Positions 55,892-64,000 of a stretch of 64,000 bases of DNA are shown one piece after another. Location of the stretch: the NCBI GenBank assembly GCA_030648835.1, contig JAUSGT010000003.1:65307-129306 (forward strand), in the 5' to 3' direction. The notes beneath the pieces were generated by a model. That model was not told the origin of the DNA. It saw only the letters and a list, made by a program, of their open reading frames with translations, and ran no database searches. A program made the translations under genes and the position numbers. The DNA is from Candidatus Moraniibacteriota bacterium (GTDB taxonomy: Bacteria; Patescibacteriota; Minisyncoccia; Moranbacterales; UBA1568). Position 1 is the first letter of the stretch; each line of letters starts with the position of its first letter.

Positions 55892-57166
55892 ATGAAATAT
55901 CAGAAATACACGCTTTCGAACGGCCTTCGGATAGTACTCTCGCCGATGCGGGATACGGAAACGGCGACAGTTATCGTGATGACTGGCGTGGGGTCGCGCT
56001 ATGAGACGGAAAAGGAAAATGGCTTGGCGCATTTTCTCGAGCACATGTTTTTCAAGGGTACCAAGAAGCGGCCCGATACCCATACGATCAGCAAAGAGCT
56101 GGATGCTATCGGTGCGGAATACAACGCCTATACCGCCAAGGATCACACGGCGTATTATGCCAAGGTGGAGGCGCATCACTGGGACACAGCGCTCGATGTG
56201 GTGAGCGATCTGTTCCTTAACGCCAAGTTGGAACAAGAAGAGATCGATCGTGAGCGCGGTACCATCCTTCAGGAAATCAATATGTACGAGGATATGCCGG
56301 CGCGGCGTGTCGGGGAGCACTTTGAAAGAATGCTCTATGGAACCCACCCACTCGGGCGGGAAATTCTTGGGCCGAAAGAAAACATCAAATCTTTCACACG
56401 CAAAGACTTCATCAAATATTTGAATCGCGGGTATACGGCAGAGAACGTTGTGATTGGCGTGGCTGGGAAAATCAGTCCGAGAAAAGTAAAGAGGGAAATC
56501 GAAAAACATTTTGCCCATATCCGTGTAGGCTCGAGACCGGCGTTCAAAAAAATCAAGGAACAGCAAAGTGCTCCGGTAATCTCCCTCCATCACAAGAAAA
56601 CGGATCAGACACACCTCATCGTGGGAGTGCGGGCCTATGATATGTTTCATAAAGATCGGTTTGCCCTCGCGGTACTGTCTGTCGTTCTTGGCGGCGGGAT
56701 GTCATCTAGATTGTGGATAGAAGTCCGCGAGCGGCGTGGGCTGGCCTACAATGTTTCGACCGGCGTGGATACCTACCATGATGCCGGTTATCTCGCGACG
56801 CAGTGCGGTGTCGAACACGCGAATGTGGAAAAGACGGTAGCCGTGATTCTCGAGCAGTACAGAAAGATCAGAGCGGAGCTTGTTTCCGATGAAGAACTGC
56901 GGAAAGCCAAAGAGTATATGAAGGGGCACTTCGCCCTCGGTATGGAAGGTTCGGACGATGTGGTCGGCTATCTCGTTACCCAAGAAGTCTTGCGTCACGA
57001 GGTGATGCTCCCCAAGGAGCGTATCAAGATGATTGATCGTGTCACGGCTTATGATATCCGGCGTGTCGCCAGAGATATTTTCCAGAATAAGAAACTGAAT
57101 TTGGCGGTTATCGGACCGCACACGTCGGAAGCGAAACTTTCGAGAGTATTGAGGTTGGGATTCTGA
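55892..57166 (+). CDS. M16 family zinc peptidase
   Basis: GSRYE, GLAHFLEHMFFKGT (HxxEH), NAYT, GGGMSSRL..EVRERRGLAY. Confidence 0.95.
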   Translation: MKYQKYTLSNGLRIVLSPMRDTETATVIVMTGVGSRYETEKENGLAHFLEHMFFKGTKKRPDTHTISKELDAIGAEYNAYTAKDHTAYYAKVEAHHWDTALDVVSDLFLNAKLEQEEIDRERGTILQEINMYEDMPARRVGEHFERMLYGTHPLGREILGPKENIKSFTRKDFIKYLNRGYTAENVVIGVAGKISPRKVKREIEKHFAHIRVGSRPAFKKIKEQQSAPVISLHHKKTDQTHLIVGVRAYDMFHKDRFALAVLSVVLGGGMSSRLWIEVRERRGLAYNVSTGVDTYHDAGYLATQCGVEHANVEKTVAVILEQYRKIRAELVSDEELRKAKEYMKGHFALGMEGSDDVVGYLVTQEVLRHEVMLPKERIKMIDRVTAYDIRRVARDIFQNKKLNLAVIGPHTSEAKLSRVLRLGF

Positions 57167-57207
57167 ATCTTGGCATGATGGAAGAAAGGGTGTAAGCTAT
57201 GAAGTCT

Positions 57208-57235
57208 TAATACCTGATACATAATACGTAATACT
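57208..57235. repeat. 7-bp array T(A/G)ATACN x4
   Basis: TAATACC TGATACA TAATACG TAATACT. Confidence 0.75.
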
Positions 57236-57244
57236 TCCCGCACT

Positions 57245-58267
57245 ATGTCAGACGAACGCGTCGCTATCGGAACAAATATCGCTGTGCGGCTGGCTTTGGT
57301 TGTTTTGGCGGCATACTTCCTTTACTTTGTCCGAGATGTGGTTTTGGTTGTGTTGTTCGCGATCTTGACCGCGGCAGCGCTTTCACCTGCCATCAATAAA
57401 TTGCGGGAGTGGCATCTTTCTCGGGCGGCCGCCGTCATTATCGTGTATGCGGTTTTGTTTTTGGGCGGCGTGGCGCTGCTCGTGATATTGCTCCCGTTGT
57501 TTTTTTCGGAAGTGAAAGAATTCCTCGAGAACTGGCCGGAATATGTCAAACGTTTGGATTCATTTCTTTCCAATCTTCAGGTATATCTGAGCACACTCGG
57601 AATCGATTTTCAGAAAGATCAGTTTTTTCAGGACATCGAAGGGAATGTCGCCGGATGGCTTTCTCACATTTTCTCCACGACGCTTGGGTTGTTTCAGAGT
57701 TTTATCCATCTGATAGGATTCTTTTTCCTTGCGCTGTATCTTTCCTTGGAGGAAAGGGGAATTGAGAAATTCTTTCTCCTGTTGACGCCAAAAGAGTATC
57801 ACACGCAGGCGTTCTCGATCGCCTCTCGGATGCAGGGCAAGGTCAGTCAGTGGCTGGTAGGCCAGGCGCTTCTTATGCTCATCGCGTTTGTTATGTACTA
57901 TATCGGACTGACTGTGCTCCACGTCCCGTATGCCCTGGCGATCGCCTTTTTCGGCGGGATAATGGAGATTTTACCGTATATCGGGCCGGTGATCGCGGCT
58001 ATCCCGGCCATTATGATCGGATTTTTGGTTTCCCCCGTGCTTGGCGCTTCGGCTTTGATTTTTTACATCATCGCCCATCAGGTAGAAGCGCATATTATCG
58101 CTCCGCAAGTTATGAAACATTCAGCGGGACTCAATCCGGTTGCCCTCATTATCGCTATTTTGATCGGCGCGGAGCTGGCCGGTCCGCTCGGTATCATTCT
58201 GTCCGTACCGATCACGATGATGCTCTCCGTTTTTGTGGATGATATTTTGGAGAAGAGACAGGAATAA
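57245..58267 (+). CDS. AI-2E family transporter
   Basis: PYIGP, HQVEAHIIAPQVM...GLNP, G..G..L.VP. Confidence 0.92.
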   Translation: MSDERVAIGTNIAVRLALVVLAAYFLYFVRDVVLVVLFAILTAAALSPAINKLREWHLSRAAAVIIVYAVLFLGGVALLVILLPLFFSEVKEFLENWPEYVKRLDSFLSNLQVYLSTLGIDFQKDQFFQDIEGNVAGWLSHIFSTTLGLFQSFIHLIGFFFLALYLSLEERGIEKFFLLLTPKEYHTQAFSIASRMQGKVSQWLVGQALLMLIAFVMYYIGLTVLHVPYALAIAFFGGIMEILPYIGPVIAAIPAIMIGFLVSPVLGASALIFYIIAHQVEAHIIAPQVMKHSAGLNPVALIIAILIGAELAGPLGIILSVPITMMLSVFVDDILEKRQE

Positions 58268-58271
58268 AAAA

Positions 58272-58364
58272 AGTATAATGTAGCAGGTATCACGTATTAT
58301 GTATAATGTGGATACTGAAGTTTTCATATCTCATACCTGATACATAATACCTGATACGAGATAC
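58272..58364. repeat. Inverted pair of 7-bp arrays (GTATNNN / NNATAC)
   Basis: GTATAAT GTAGCAG GTATCAC GTATTAT GTATAAT ... CATACCT GATACAT AATACCT GATACGA GATAC. Confidence 0.8.
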
Positions 58365-58368
58365 AACT

Positions 58369-59037
58369 ATGGCTGGGATTCTCTACATTGTCGCTACTCC
58401 GATCGGAAACCTCTCCGACATCACGCTCCGCGCTCTTGAAACACTGAAAACAGTGGACGCGATTTTATGCGAGGACACACGAGTGACAGGAAAGCTTCTG
58501 TCACATTATGAAATCAAAAAGTCGCTTCTCTCGTGTCATGAGCACACGGATGAACGCAAGCTTGGGCAGATCATCGAACGATTGCGAAAAGGCGAGAACC
58601 TGGCTTTCGTATCCGATGCCGGAACGCCGGGGCTTTCCGACCCGGGCAATCGTTTGGTGGAGTTGGCGCTCGCGGCAGAAATTTCCGTGGTACCGCTCCC
58701 GGGGGTCTCGGCGCTCGCTACCATTGTTTCGGTGGCCGGTATCAGTATGCAAGAGTTTCTTTTCAGAGGATTTCCGCCGCATAAAAAAGGCCGAGAAACT
58801 TTTTTCAAGGCTGTGGCGGCAAGCGAGGTGCCGGTCGTGTATTATGAATCTCCCCATCGTGTGATGAAGAATTTGGAACTTTTACAAAAATTCGCACCGG
58901 ATGTAAAGATAATTATCGGGCGAGAGCTGACGAAAATGTTTGAAGAAGTTGTGCGGGGGAGTATTGAGGAAGGGCTCCGGTACTTTGCAGAGCATCCGGA
59001 GAAAGTGAAGGGGGAGTTTACTATCATTGTCTATTGA
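58369..59037 (+). CDS. rsmI: 16S rRNA C1402 2'-O-methyltransferase
   Basis: LYIVATPIGNL.DIT.RA, EDTR, VSDAGTPG.SDPG, YESPHR, RELTK. Confidence 0.97.
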   Translation: MAGILYIVATPIGNLSDITLRALETLKTVDAILCEDTRVTGKLLSHYEIKKSLLSCHEHTDERKLGQIIERLRKGENLAFVSDAGTPGLSDPGNRLVELALAAEISVVPLPGVSALATIVSVAGISMQEFLFRGFPPHKKGRETFFKAVAASEVPVVYYESPHRVMKNLELLQKFAPDVKIIIGRELTKMFEEVVRGSIEEGLRYFAEHPEKVKGEFTIIVY

Positions 59038-59070
59038 TGAGGTATAATGATGAGAAGAGAGTTGAGGCTT

Positions 59071-59115
59071 AAAAAGTTTTGAAGCCCGACAGTCGTGATA
59101 GACATATCGGGCTTC
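59071..59115 (-). terminator. Putative terminator of orphan gene
   Basis: GAAGCCCGA...TCGGGCTTC stem with A-tract on + strand. Confidence 0.55.
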
Positions 59116-59143
59116 GGTTGGAGAGAGATGAGGTTACTGGGGA

Positions 59144-59398
59144 TTACTGGTTACTGGCGACGTCCACGTTGCTTACGTGGGTGGCGATCCAGTTGAACCA
59201 GGCGCCGTTGGCGAAAGTGCAGTCACCACCGGTGTCACAGTCGGCTGACAGGTTGGTATAAACCAATCCGCCTATCAAGAGTACGACACCGAAACGGGCC
59301 AGCATTTTGAGCAGAAACTTCCTTCTTTTCTCTTTCTGCTCTTGCCGGCGTACGGTGCGCTCTATTATGGCGAGCTGAGACCTATTATAGGCATTCAT
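59144..59398 (-). CDS. Hypothetical single-TM protein (84 aa)
   Basis: AAGGAG SD, basic N-term, TM, C-x5-C exported tail; own promoter and terminator. Confidence 0.7.
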   Translation of the reverse strand: MNAYNRSQLAIIERTVRRQEQKEKRRKFLLKMLARFGVVLLIGGLVYTNLSADCDTGGDCTFANGAWFNWIATHVSNVDVASNQ

Positions 59399-59476
59399 TA
59401 TGACTTTTCTCCTTTGGTTGGCGTTCAGTGATAAAATCACTCAGCAAAAATTGTTTATGAACTATTACAATTGTCC

Positions 59477-59505
59477 ATTATACACTAAAAAACTGTTTGC
59501 GTCAA
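59477..59505 (-). promoter_or_regulatory. Sigma70 promoter of orphan gene
   Basis: TTGACG-17bp-TATAAT. Confidence 0.7.
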
Positions 59506-59514
59506 GTATATTAT

Positions 59515-60945
59515 ATGAGTAATGCCTCAAACAAGCCATTTTTTATCACTACACCGGTCTATTATGTGAATGGTAAGCCTCACATCGGACATGCCTATAC
59601 GACAATAGCTGCCGATGTGGTTGCCCGTTTTCAAAAAGGAAGTGGCAGAGAGATCTTTTTCTCTGTGGGAACCGATGAACACGGCGCGAAAATTGCCGCC
59701 AAGGCAAAAGAGAGCGAGAAAGACCCACAAGTTTTTGTTGATGAAATAAGCGAAGAATTCAAGAAACTTTGGGGGAAACTTCATATTCAGTACTCGAGTT
59801 TTATTCGAACAACAAATCCGAAGCATATTGCCGCTGTGCAAAAAGTTTTGCAAACTCTCTCTGACACAGGAGCTATTTACAAGGGTTTCTATGAAGGCCT
59901 CTATTGCGTTGGTTGTGAACAGTTTAAAACGGCAGATGATCTCGTGGATGGCAAGTGTCCGGATCACAATAGCGTGCCGGAGCTCATGAAGGAAGAAAGT
60001 TACCTTATGAAGATGACTGAGCTTCAACCTGAACTGACAAAAAAAATTAAAAACGATGAACTGGCGGTACGACCAGAACGTTATAAAAAAGAAATACTTT
60101 CTTTTTTGGAAGGCGAGAAACTTGAGGACATTTCTATTTCAAGAAAAAATGTTTCCTGGGGGATCCCGCTTCCGTTTGATAAGACGCATACGACATACGT
60201 CTGGGTAGATGCCTTTTTGAATTATTTGACTGTCTTCGGGTGGGACGGTGATGAAAAGAATGTTCCCAAGGAATGGCCGGCTGATGTTCAATTCATCGGG
60301 AAAGACATTCTTCGGGTACACGCTACGATTTGGCCGGTGATACTTATGCATCTTGGAATCCCGGTTCAGAAGACTCTCTTTACCCATGGGCATATTCTTT
60401 CCGGAGGGAAAAAAATGAGCAAGACTCTCGGTAATGTCATCGCCATTGATGATCTTTTGGAGCGTTTTGGTGTGGATGGGACGCGTTATCTTCTTCTTTC
60501 GGCCGGTCCGTTCGGGGAGGATGTTGATGTTACCGTAGAGCGGCTTACGGAAAAGTATAATGCCGACCTGGCGAATGGTTTAGGGAATTTGGTTTCGCGG
60601 GTGGTGAAGCTCGCCTCAAACTTACAATCAACAACTTACCGCCAACAACAGGGGGGGGAGGAATACCCTGAAGATTTAAAAAAACTTCTGAGTGGATACA
60701 AACTTTCCGAGGCGCTCCAGTATATTTGGAAAAAAGTGGCTGAGGCGAACAGATATATCGATGAAACGAAGCCGTGGGAATTGGTGACAACGAATCAGGC
60801 CGAGTTTGAAACAGTTATGCAAAAGCTTCTGGGCGATATTGCTTTTATAGCGTCTTGGATAGAACCATTCATGCCGGAAACAGCGGAGAAAATAAAGCAG
60901 GCGTTACAAGAAAGGAAAACAGTACCGCTTTTTGAACGAATCTGA
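59515..60945 (+). CDS. metG: Methionine--tRNA ligase (short form)
   Basis: YYVNGKPHIGH, GTDEHG, YVWVDA, GKDI, KMSKT. Confidence 0.97.
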   Translation: MSNASNKPFFITTPVYYVNGKPHIGHAYTTIAADVVARFQKGSGREIFFSVGTDEHGAKIAAKAKESEKDPQVFVDEISEEFKKLWGKLHIQYSSFIRTTNPKHIAAVQKVLQTLSDTGAIYKGFYEGLYCVGCEQFKTADDLVDGKCPDHNSVPELMKEESYLMKMTELQPELTKKIKNDELAVRPERYKKEILSFLEGEKLEDISISRKNVSWGIPLPFDKTHTTYVWVDAFLNYLTVFGWDGDEKNVPKEWPADVQFIGKDILRVHATIWPVILMHLGIPVQKTLFTHGHILSGGKKMSKTLGNVIAIDDLLERFGVDGTRYLLLSAGPFGEDVDVTVERLTEKYNADLANGLGNLVSRVVKLASNLQSTTYRQQQGGEEYPEDLKKLLSGYKLSEALQYIWKKVAEANRYIDETKPWELVTTNQAEFETVMQKLLGDIAFIASWIEPFMPETAEKIKQALQERKTVPLFERI

Positions 60946-60950
60946 TTTTT

Positions 60951-61038
60951 GTATCAGGTAGCATGTATCAGGTATTAGGCGATGTCTTGTTAGATTCTGC
61001 AAAAATACATGATACATAATACACGATACATTATACCT
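60951..61038. repeat. Inverted pair of 7-bp arrays between metG and tatD
   Basis: GTATCAG GTAGCAT GTATCAG GTATTAG ... AATACAT GATACAT AATACAC GATACAT TATACC. Confidence 0.8.
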
Positions 61039-61043
61039 CTGGT

Positions 61044-61958
61044 ATGCTTGATATTCACGCCCATTTGTTTTGGAAATCGTATGATACGGATCGTGACGTT
61101 GTGATTGAACGCGCTCGGGCAGCGGGGGTGACGAAGATGATCTGCGTTGGCACCGAGCCGGAGGATAATCCTCTCGCTATAAAAATGGCCGAAAAATATG
61201 AGGGCGTTTTTGCTGCGGTAGGGATACACCCACACTTTTTCAATAAGAATATTTTTTTGTGTCATTCCCGCGAAGGCGGGAATCCAGGAAACAAAGAAAA
61301 TTCTGGATCCCGGGTCAAGCCCGGGATGACAGTCCTTGAGGGTTTGGTAAATGATTTAAAAAAACTGGCGAAACATGCGAGAGTTGTAGCTATCGGGGAG
61401 TGTGGCTTGGATTACTATTCGCATGACAAGACAAAAGTCATCACGGATGAGCAGAAAGCGTTACAAAAAGAGGGGTTTCTTGCGCAAATTGAGATTGCCC
61501 AAGAGCTTGGTTTGCCACTTATTGTGCATACCCGCCCATCTGTTGGGAGCATGGATGCCTACGCAGATGTCTTAAAAATTTTGCGTGATACAAAATACAT
61601 GATACATAATACGGTTTTGCATTGTTATCAGGGTGATACGGAAATAACCAAAAAATTTCTTGAACTCGAAAACGTTTATTTCTCCTTTGCTGGCAACATC
61701 ACTTATCCGGTGAAAGGGTCGTTTGTGGGAACGAAAAATGATGCGACTGAAACCGTGAAACTGGTGCTGCTGGAGAGGCTGTTTGTCGAGACGGACTGCC
61801 CATTTCTTGCACCGCAGAGCAAGCGTGGTCAACGTAATGAACCGGCATTTGTTATGGAAACGGCCGAGAAAATTGCTTCTCTCAAGGGGGTATCTGTTGG
61901 GGAGCTCAATCAAAGAGTGATTGAAAACAGCGAGCGAGTGTTTCGGGAAAATTGCTAG
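61044..61958 (+). CDS. tatD: TatD family deoxyribonuclease
   Basis: DIHAHL, GIHPH, GECGLDY, HTR, HCY, ETDCPFL. Confidence 0.95.
   Translation: MLDIHAHLFWKSYDTDRDVVIERARAAGVTKMICVGTEPEDNPLAIKMAEKYEGVFAAVGIHPHFFNKNIFLCHSREGGNPGNKENSGSRVKPGMTVLEGLVNDLKKLAKHARVVAIGECGLDYYSHDKTKVITDEQKALQKEGFLAQIEIAQELGLPLIVHTRPSVGSMDAYADVLKILRDTKYMIHNTVLHCYQGDTEITKKFLELENVYFSFAGNITYPVKGSFVGTKNDATETVKLVLLERLFVETDCPFLAPQSKRGQRNEPAFVMETAEKIASLKGVSVGELNQRVIENSERVFRENC
61260..61331 (+). repeat. GTCAT...ATGAC element in frame in tatD (CHSREGGNPGNKENSGSRVKPGMT)
   Basis: TGTCATTCCCGCGAAGGCGGGAATCCAG..CTGGATCCCGGGTCAAGCCCGGGATGACA, 72 bp = 24 codons. Confidence 0.92.
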
Positions 61959-62014
61959 ATTATATGGACTGGGCTATATTTGAGGTATTGAGGCGTAACA
62001 AATGATGCAAGAGT

Positions 62015-62386
62015 ATGGATTTTGATTCACCAGAGGCTGTAGCGACATCAGCGGCAGAACAGCAGGCGCAGGAAGAAGCGGCGCAAAAAGCAGCAGCTCG
62101 GAGAGAGCGGGGGGAGGCTAAGGGGGCTGATGGCGGTATGTATGAAAGCGTGGAAGATGAAGAGGTAGCTTCCGCGGAAAAAGCACGCGAGGAGAAAGTG
62201 GCGCGCAACAAAGAGATCGCAGCGAGTCTAGCCAAGCTTGAAACACAGAGAAAAAAAGCCGAAGAGGTTTCTGCCAAACTTGCCGTGGATGATCCGATGG
62301 TGCGTGTTTATAAAGAGATACTGGTGTCGATGCAGAAAGAGAAGGACGAATTGCTCGCGGAGTTTGATGGAGAGCCGAAGCAGTAA
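62015..62386 (+). CDS. Hypothetical charged coiled-coil protein
   Basis: 123-aa A/E/K-rich ORF in operon orientation. Confidence 0.65.
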   Translation: MDFDSPEAVATSAAEQQAQEEAAQKAAARRERGEAKGADGGMYESVEDEEVASAEKAREEKVARNKEIAASLAKLETQRKKAEEVSAKLAVDDPMVRVYKEILVSMQKEKDELLAEFDGEPKQ

Positions 62387-62491
62387 ATCCTTTTTGGTTG
62401 ACGTATAGGCATTTCGCTGATACAATAGAAGCGCTTTTGTGTTTACTCAAGCGCTTTTTCTTATATAATTTCTTTGTTGTAAGTCAGTCAC

Positions 62492-63244
62492 ATGGAAATA
62501 TCCATCGCCGCAGAAAAACTTTTCAGCATCGGGGGGCTCCCGGTGACCAATGCTTTTCTCATTGGTTTTTTGGTAAGTGTTTTTTTGATTCTTCTCACGC
62601 AAATTGTTGTGAAGAAGATGGCGCTCATCCCTCGCGGAGCTCAAAATGTTCTTGAAGTTATTTTTGAAGGGTTGCTTTCATTCATTGAAAGTGTTCTCGG
62701 AGACAAAGCTCAGGCGCGAAGATTTTTTCCGCTCATCACGACTATTTTTCTTTTCATCCTCGTTTCCAATTGGATCGGACTTCTGCCCGGCGCGGGGACT
62801 ATCGGTCTCACGCATCTGAAGGATGGACAGGCTACCATTGTTCCCTTTTTGCGCAGTACATCGGCAGATCTCAATTTTACCATCGCGCTTTCGATTATCG
62901 TTGTCCTGACCATCCAAGTGAGCGGCATTATGGCTTTGGGCATCGTGAAATACGGGAAGAAGTTTTTTGTCAGTCCTTTTCATAAACCGTATGGTTTGGG
63001 TACCATTATGGGGCTTTTGGAATTGGTGAGTGAGTTTGCCAAACTGCTTTCTTTTTCCTTCCGTCTTTTTGGGAACATTTTTGCCGGAGAGATTCTTCTC
63101 ATCGTGATGCTTCATCTGGTACCGTATTTCATCCCTTTGCCGTTCCTGTTTCTCGAGGTGTTTGTGGGGTTCATTCAGGCAGCGGTCTTTGCCATGCTGA
63201 CCTTGGTATTCCTCAAGATGGCGATGATGGAAGGGGCTCACTGA
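62492..63244 (+). CDS. atpB: ATP synthase F0 subunit a
   Basis: P...QN..E, NWIGLLPG, R..ADLN, SFRLFGNIFAGE, LE.FVG.IQA.VF. Confidence 0.97.
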   Translation: MEISIAAEKLFSIGGLPVTNAFLIGFLVSVFLILLTQIVVKKMALIPRGAQNVLEVIFEGLLSFIESVLGDKAQARRFFPLITTIFLFILVSNWIGLLPGAGTIGLTHLKDGQATIVPFLRSTSADLNFTIALSIIVVLTIQVSGIMALGIVKYGKKFFVSPFHKPYGLGTIMGLLELVSEFAKLLSFSFRLFGNIFAGEILLIVMLHLVPYFIPLPFLFLEVFVGFIQAAVFAMLTLVFLKMAMMEGAH

Positions 63245-63302
63245 TTCCACTTTGGTGGAATCACCATGAGCCTGTCGAAGGGTAAATCCTTCGGTTTCGC
63301 TC
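63242..63302 (+). repeat. Stop-codon hairpin plus CCATGAGC..GTCGAAGG REP-like unit
   Basis: TGATTCCAC-TTTG-GTGGAATCA CCATGAGCCTGTCGAAGGG ... CCTTCGGTTTCGCTC. Confidence 0.65.
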
Positions 63303-63374
63303 CGGATGGACAGATATGGAAAATAGCTATATAATGACTCAATTGTTAATATTATAAATAATTTAATTAAGTAA

Positions 63375-63608
<234 letters not shown>

Positions 63609-63613
63609 AAAAT

Positions 63614-63708
63614 TCACTCACAACTTACAACCTACAACTCACGACGAAGAAGGCATTTTCATATATTGGATGACATAGTTGTCAGTCGTTGGTAGTCAGT
63701 CGTAAGTC
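63614..63708. repeat. Inverted pair of 7-bp arrays (CAACTNA / AGTCGT type)
   Basis: CACTCA CAACTTA CAACCTA CAACTCA ... AGTTGTC AGTCGTT GGTAGTC AGTCGTA AGTC. Confidence 0.65.
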
Positions 63709-63715
63709 CGTAACT

Positions 63716-64000
63716 ATGGAAGCTTTAGCGAATTTGGGTGTTAATTGGAAACTTTTTTTGGCGCAAGCAGTGAATTTTTTGATCCTGCTTTTTATTCTGC
63801 GTCGTTTTGCGTATCGCCCGATGCTCGACTTTCTGGAGAAGCGCAGTGAGCGTATCGAAAAGGGGCTGCAAGATGCTGAAGCGGCCACCAAGAAACTTTC
63901 TGAGATGGAAGAAAAGGAGAAGAAAGTGCTCACGGCGGCGCGGAGCGAAGCCAAAACCCTCATAGAAGCTGCCGAAACAGCCGCCAAGAAACGCGATGCC
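63716..64000 (+). CDS. atpF: ATP synthase F0 subunit b, 3'-truncated by window edge
   Basis: MEALANLGVNWKLFLAQAVNFLILLFILRRFAYRPML.FLEKR...I..GL..AE; follows atpE. Confidence 0.93.
   Translation, partial: MEALANLGVNWKLFLAQAVNFLILLFILRRFAYRPMLDFLEKRSERIEKGLQDAEAATKKLSEMEEKEKKVLTAARSEAKTLIEAAETAAKKRDA

Noticed and set aside
54542-56650. 702-aa minus-strand ORF
   Set aside because: Antisense shadow of glyQS and the M16 peptidase, which have intact motifs; no recognisable domain.
43774-59514. T-box leaders upstream of argS, ileS, glyQS, metG
   Set aside because: Upstream regions are too short or occupied by divergent promoters; no T-box consensus seen.
9115-61331. Intragenic inserts as inteins or group I/II introns
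   Set aside because: Only 54-89 bp, no intein C/S..HN termini or ribozyme cores; RNA-level excision cannot be excluded without data.

Overview
This is a 64-kb core-genome segment of a small-genome bacterium using genetic code 11. Gene content and style suggest Patescibacteria/CPR, possibly Moranbacteria-like; that assignment is inference. It carries about 65 genes: xseAB, korAB, a full Rrf2-sufCBDSU-ferredoxin-sufT operon, dus, pyrD-pyrC, mnmA, mutY, lgt, infC-rpmI-rplT, smpB with a one-piece tmRNA, guaB-purA, argS, ileS, recO, tgt, glyQS, rsmI, metG, tatD and atpB/E/F. I found no CRISPR array, prophage, integrase or intact transposase. The main unexplained signal is a dense, multi-family set of small repeats. 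(i) 54-105-bp GTCAT...ATGAC double-hairpin elements are read in frame inside six housekeeping genes (xseA, sufS, mnmA, mutY, tgt, tatD), adding related peptides. (ii) Smaller hairpins are nested inside these and other elements, two of them with direct-repeat duplications. (iii) Degenerate 7-bp tandem arrays occur as inverted pairs in intergenic spacers and inside argS, ileS, metG, mutY and tatD. A second pattern is minus-strand cassettes with a consensus sigma70 promoter, strong SD and usually their own terminator, carrying nucleotide-synthesis genes and orphans. Also notable: a structured RNA candidate between ileS and recO, an HRDC-XseA fusion, and two unannotated small membrane ORFs. All calls come from reading the sequence; no searches were run.
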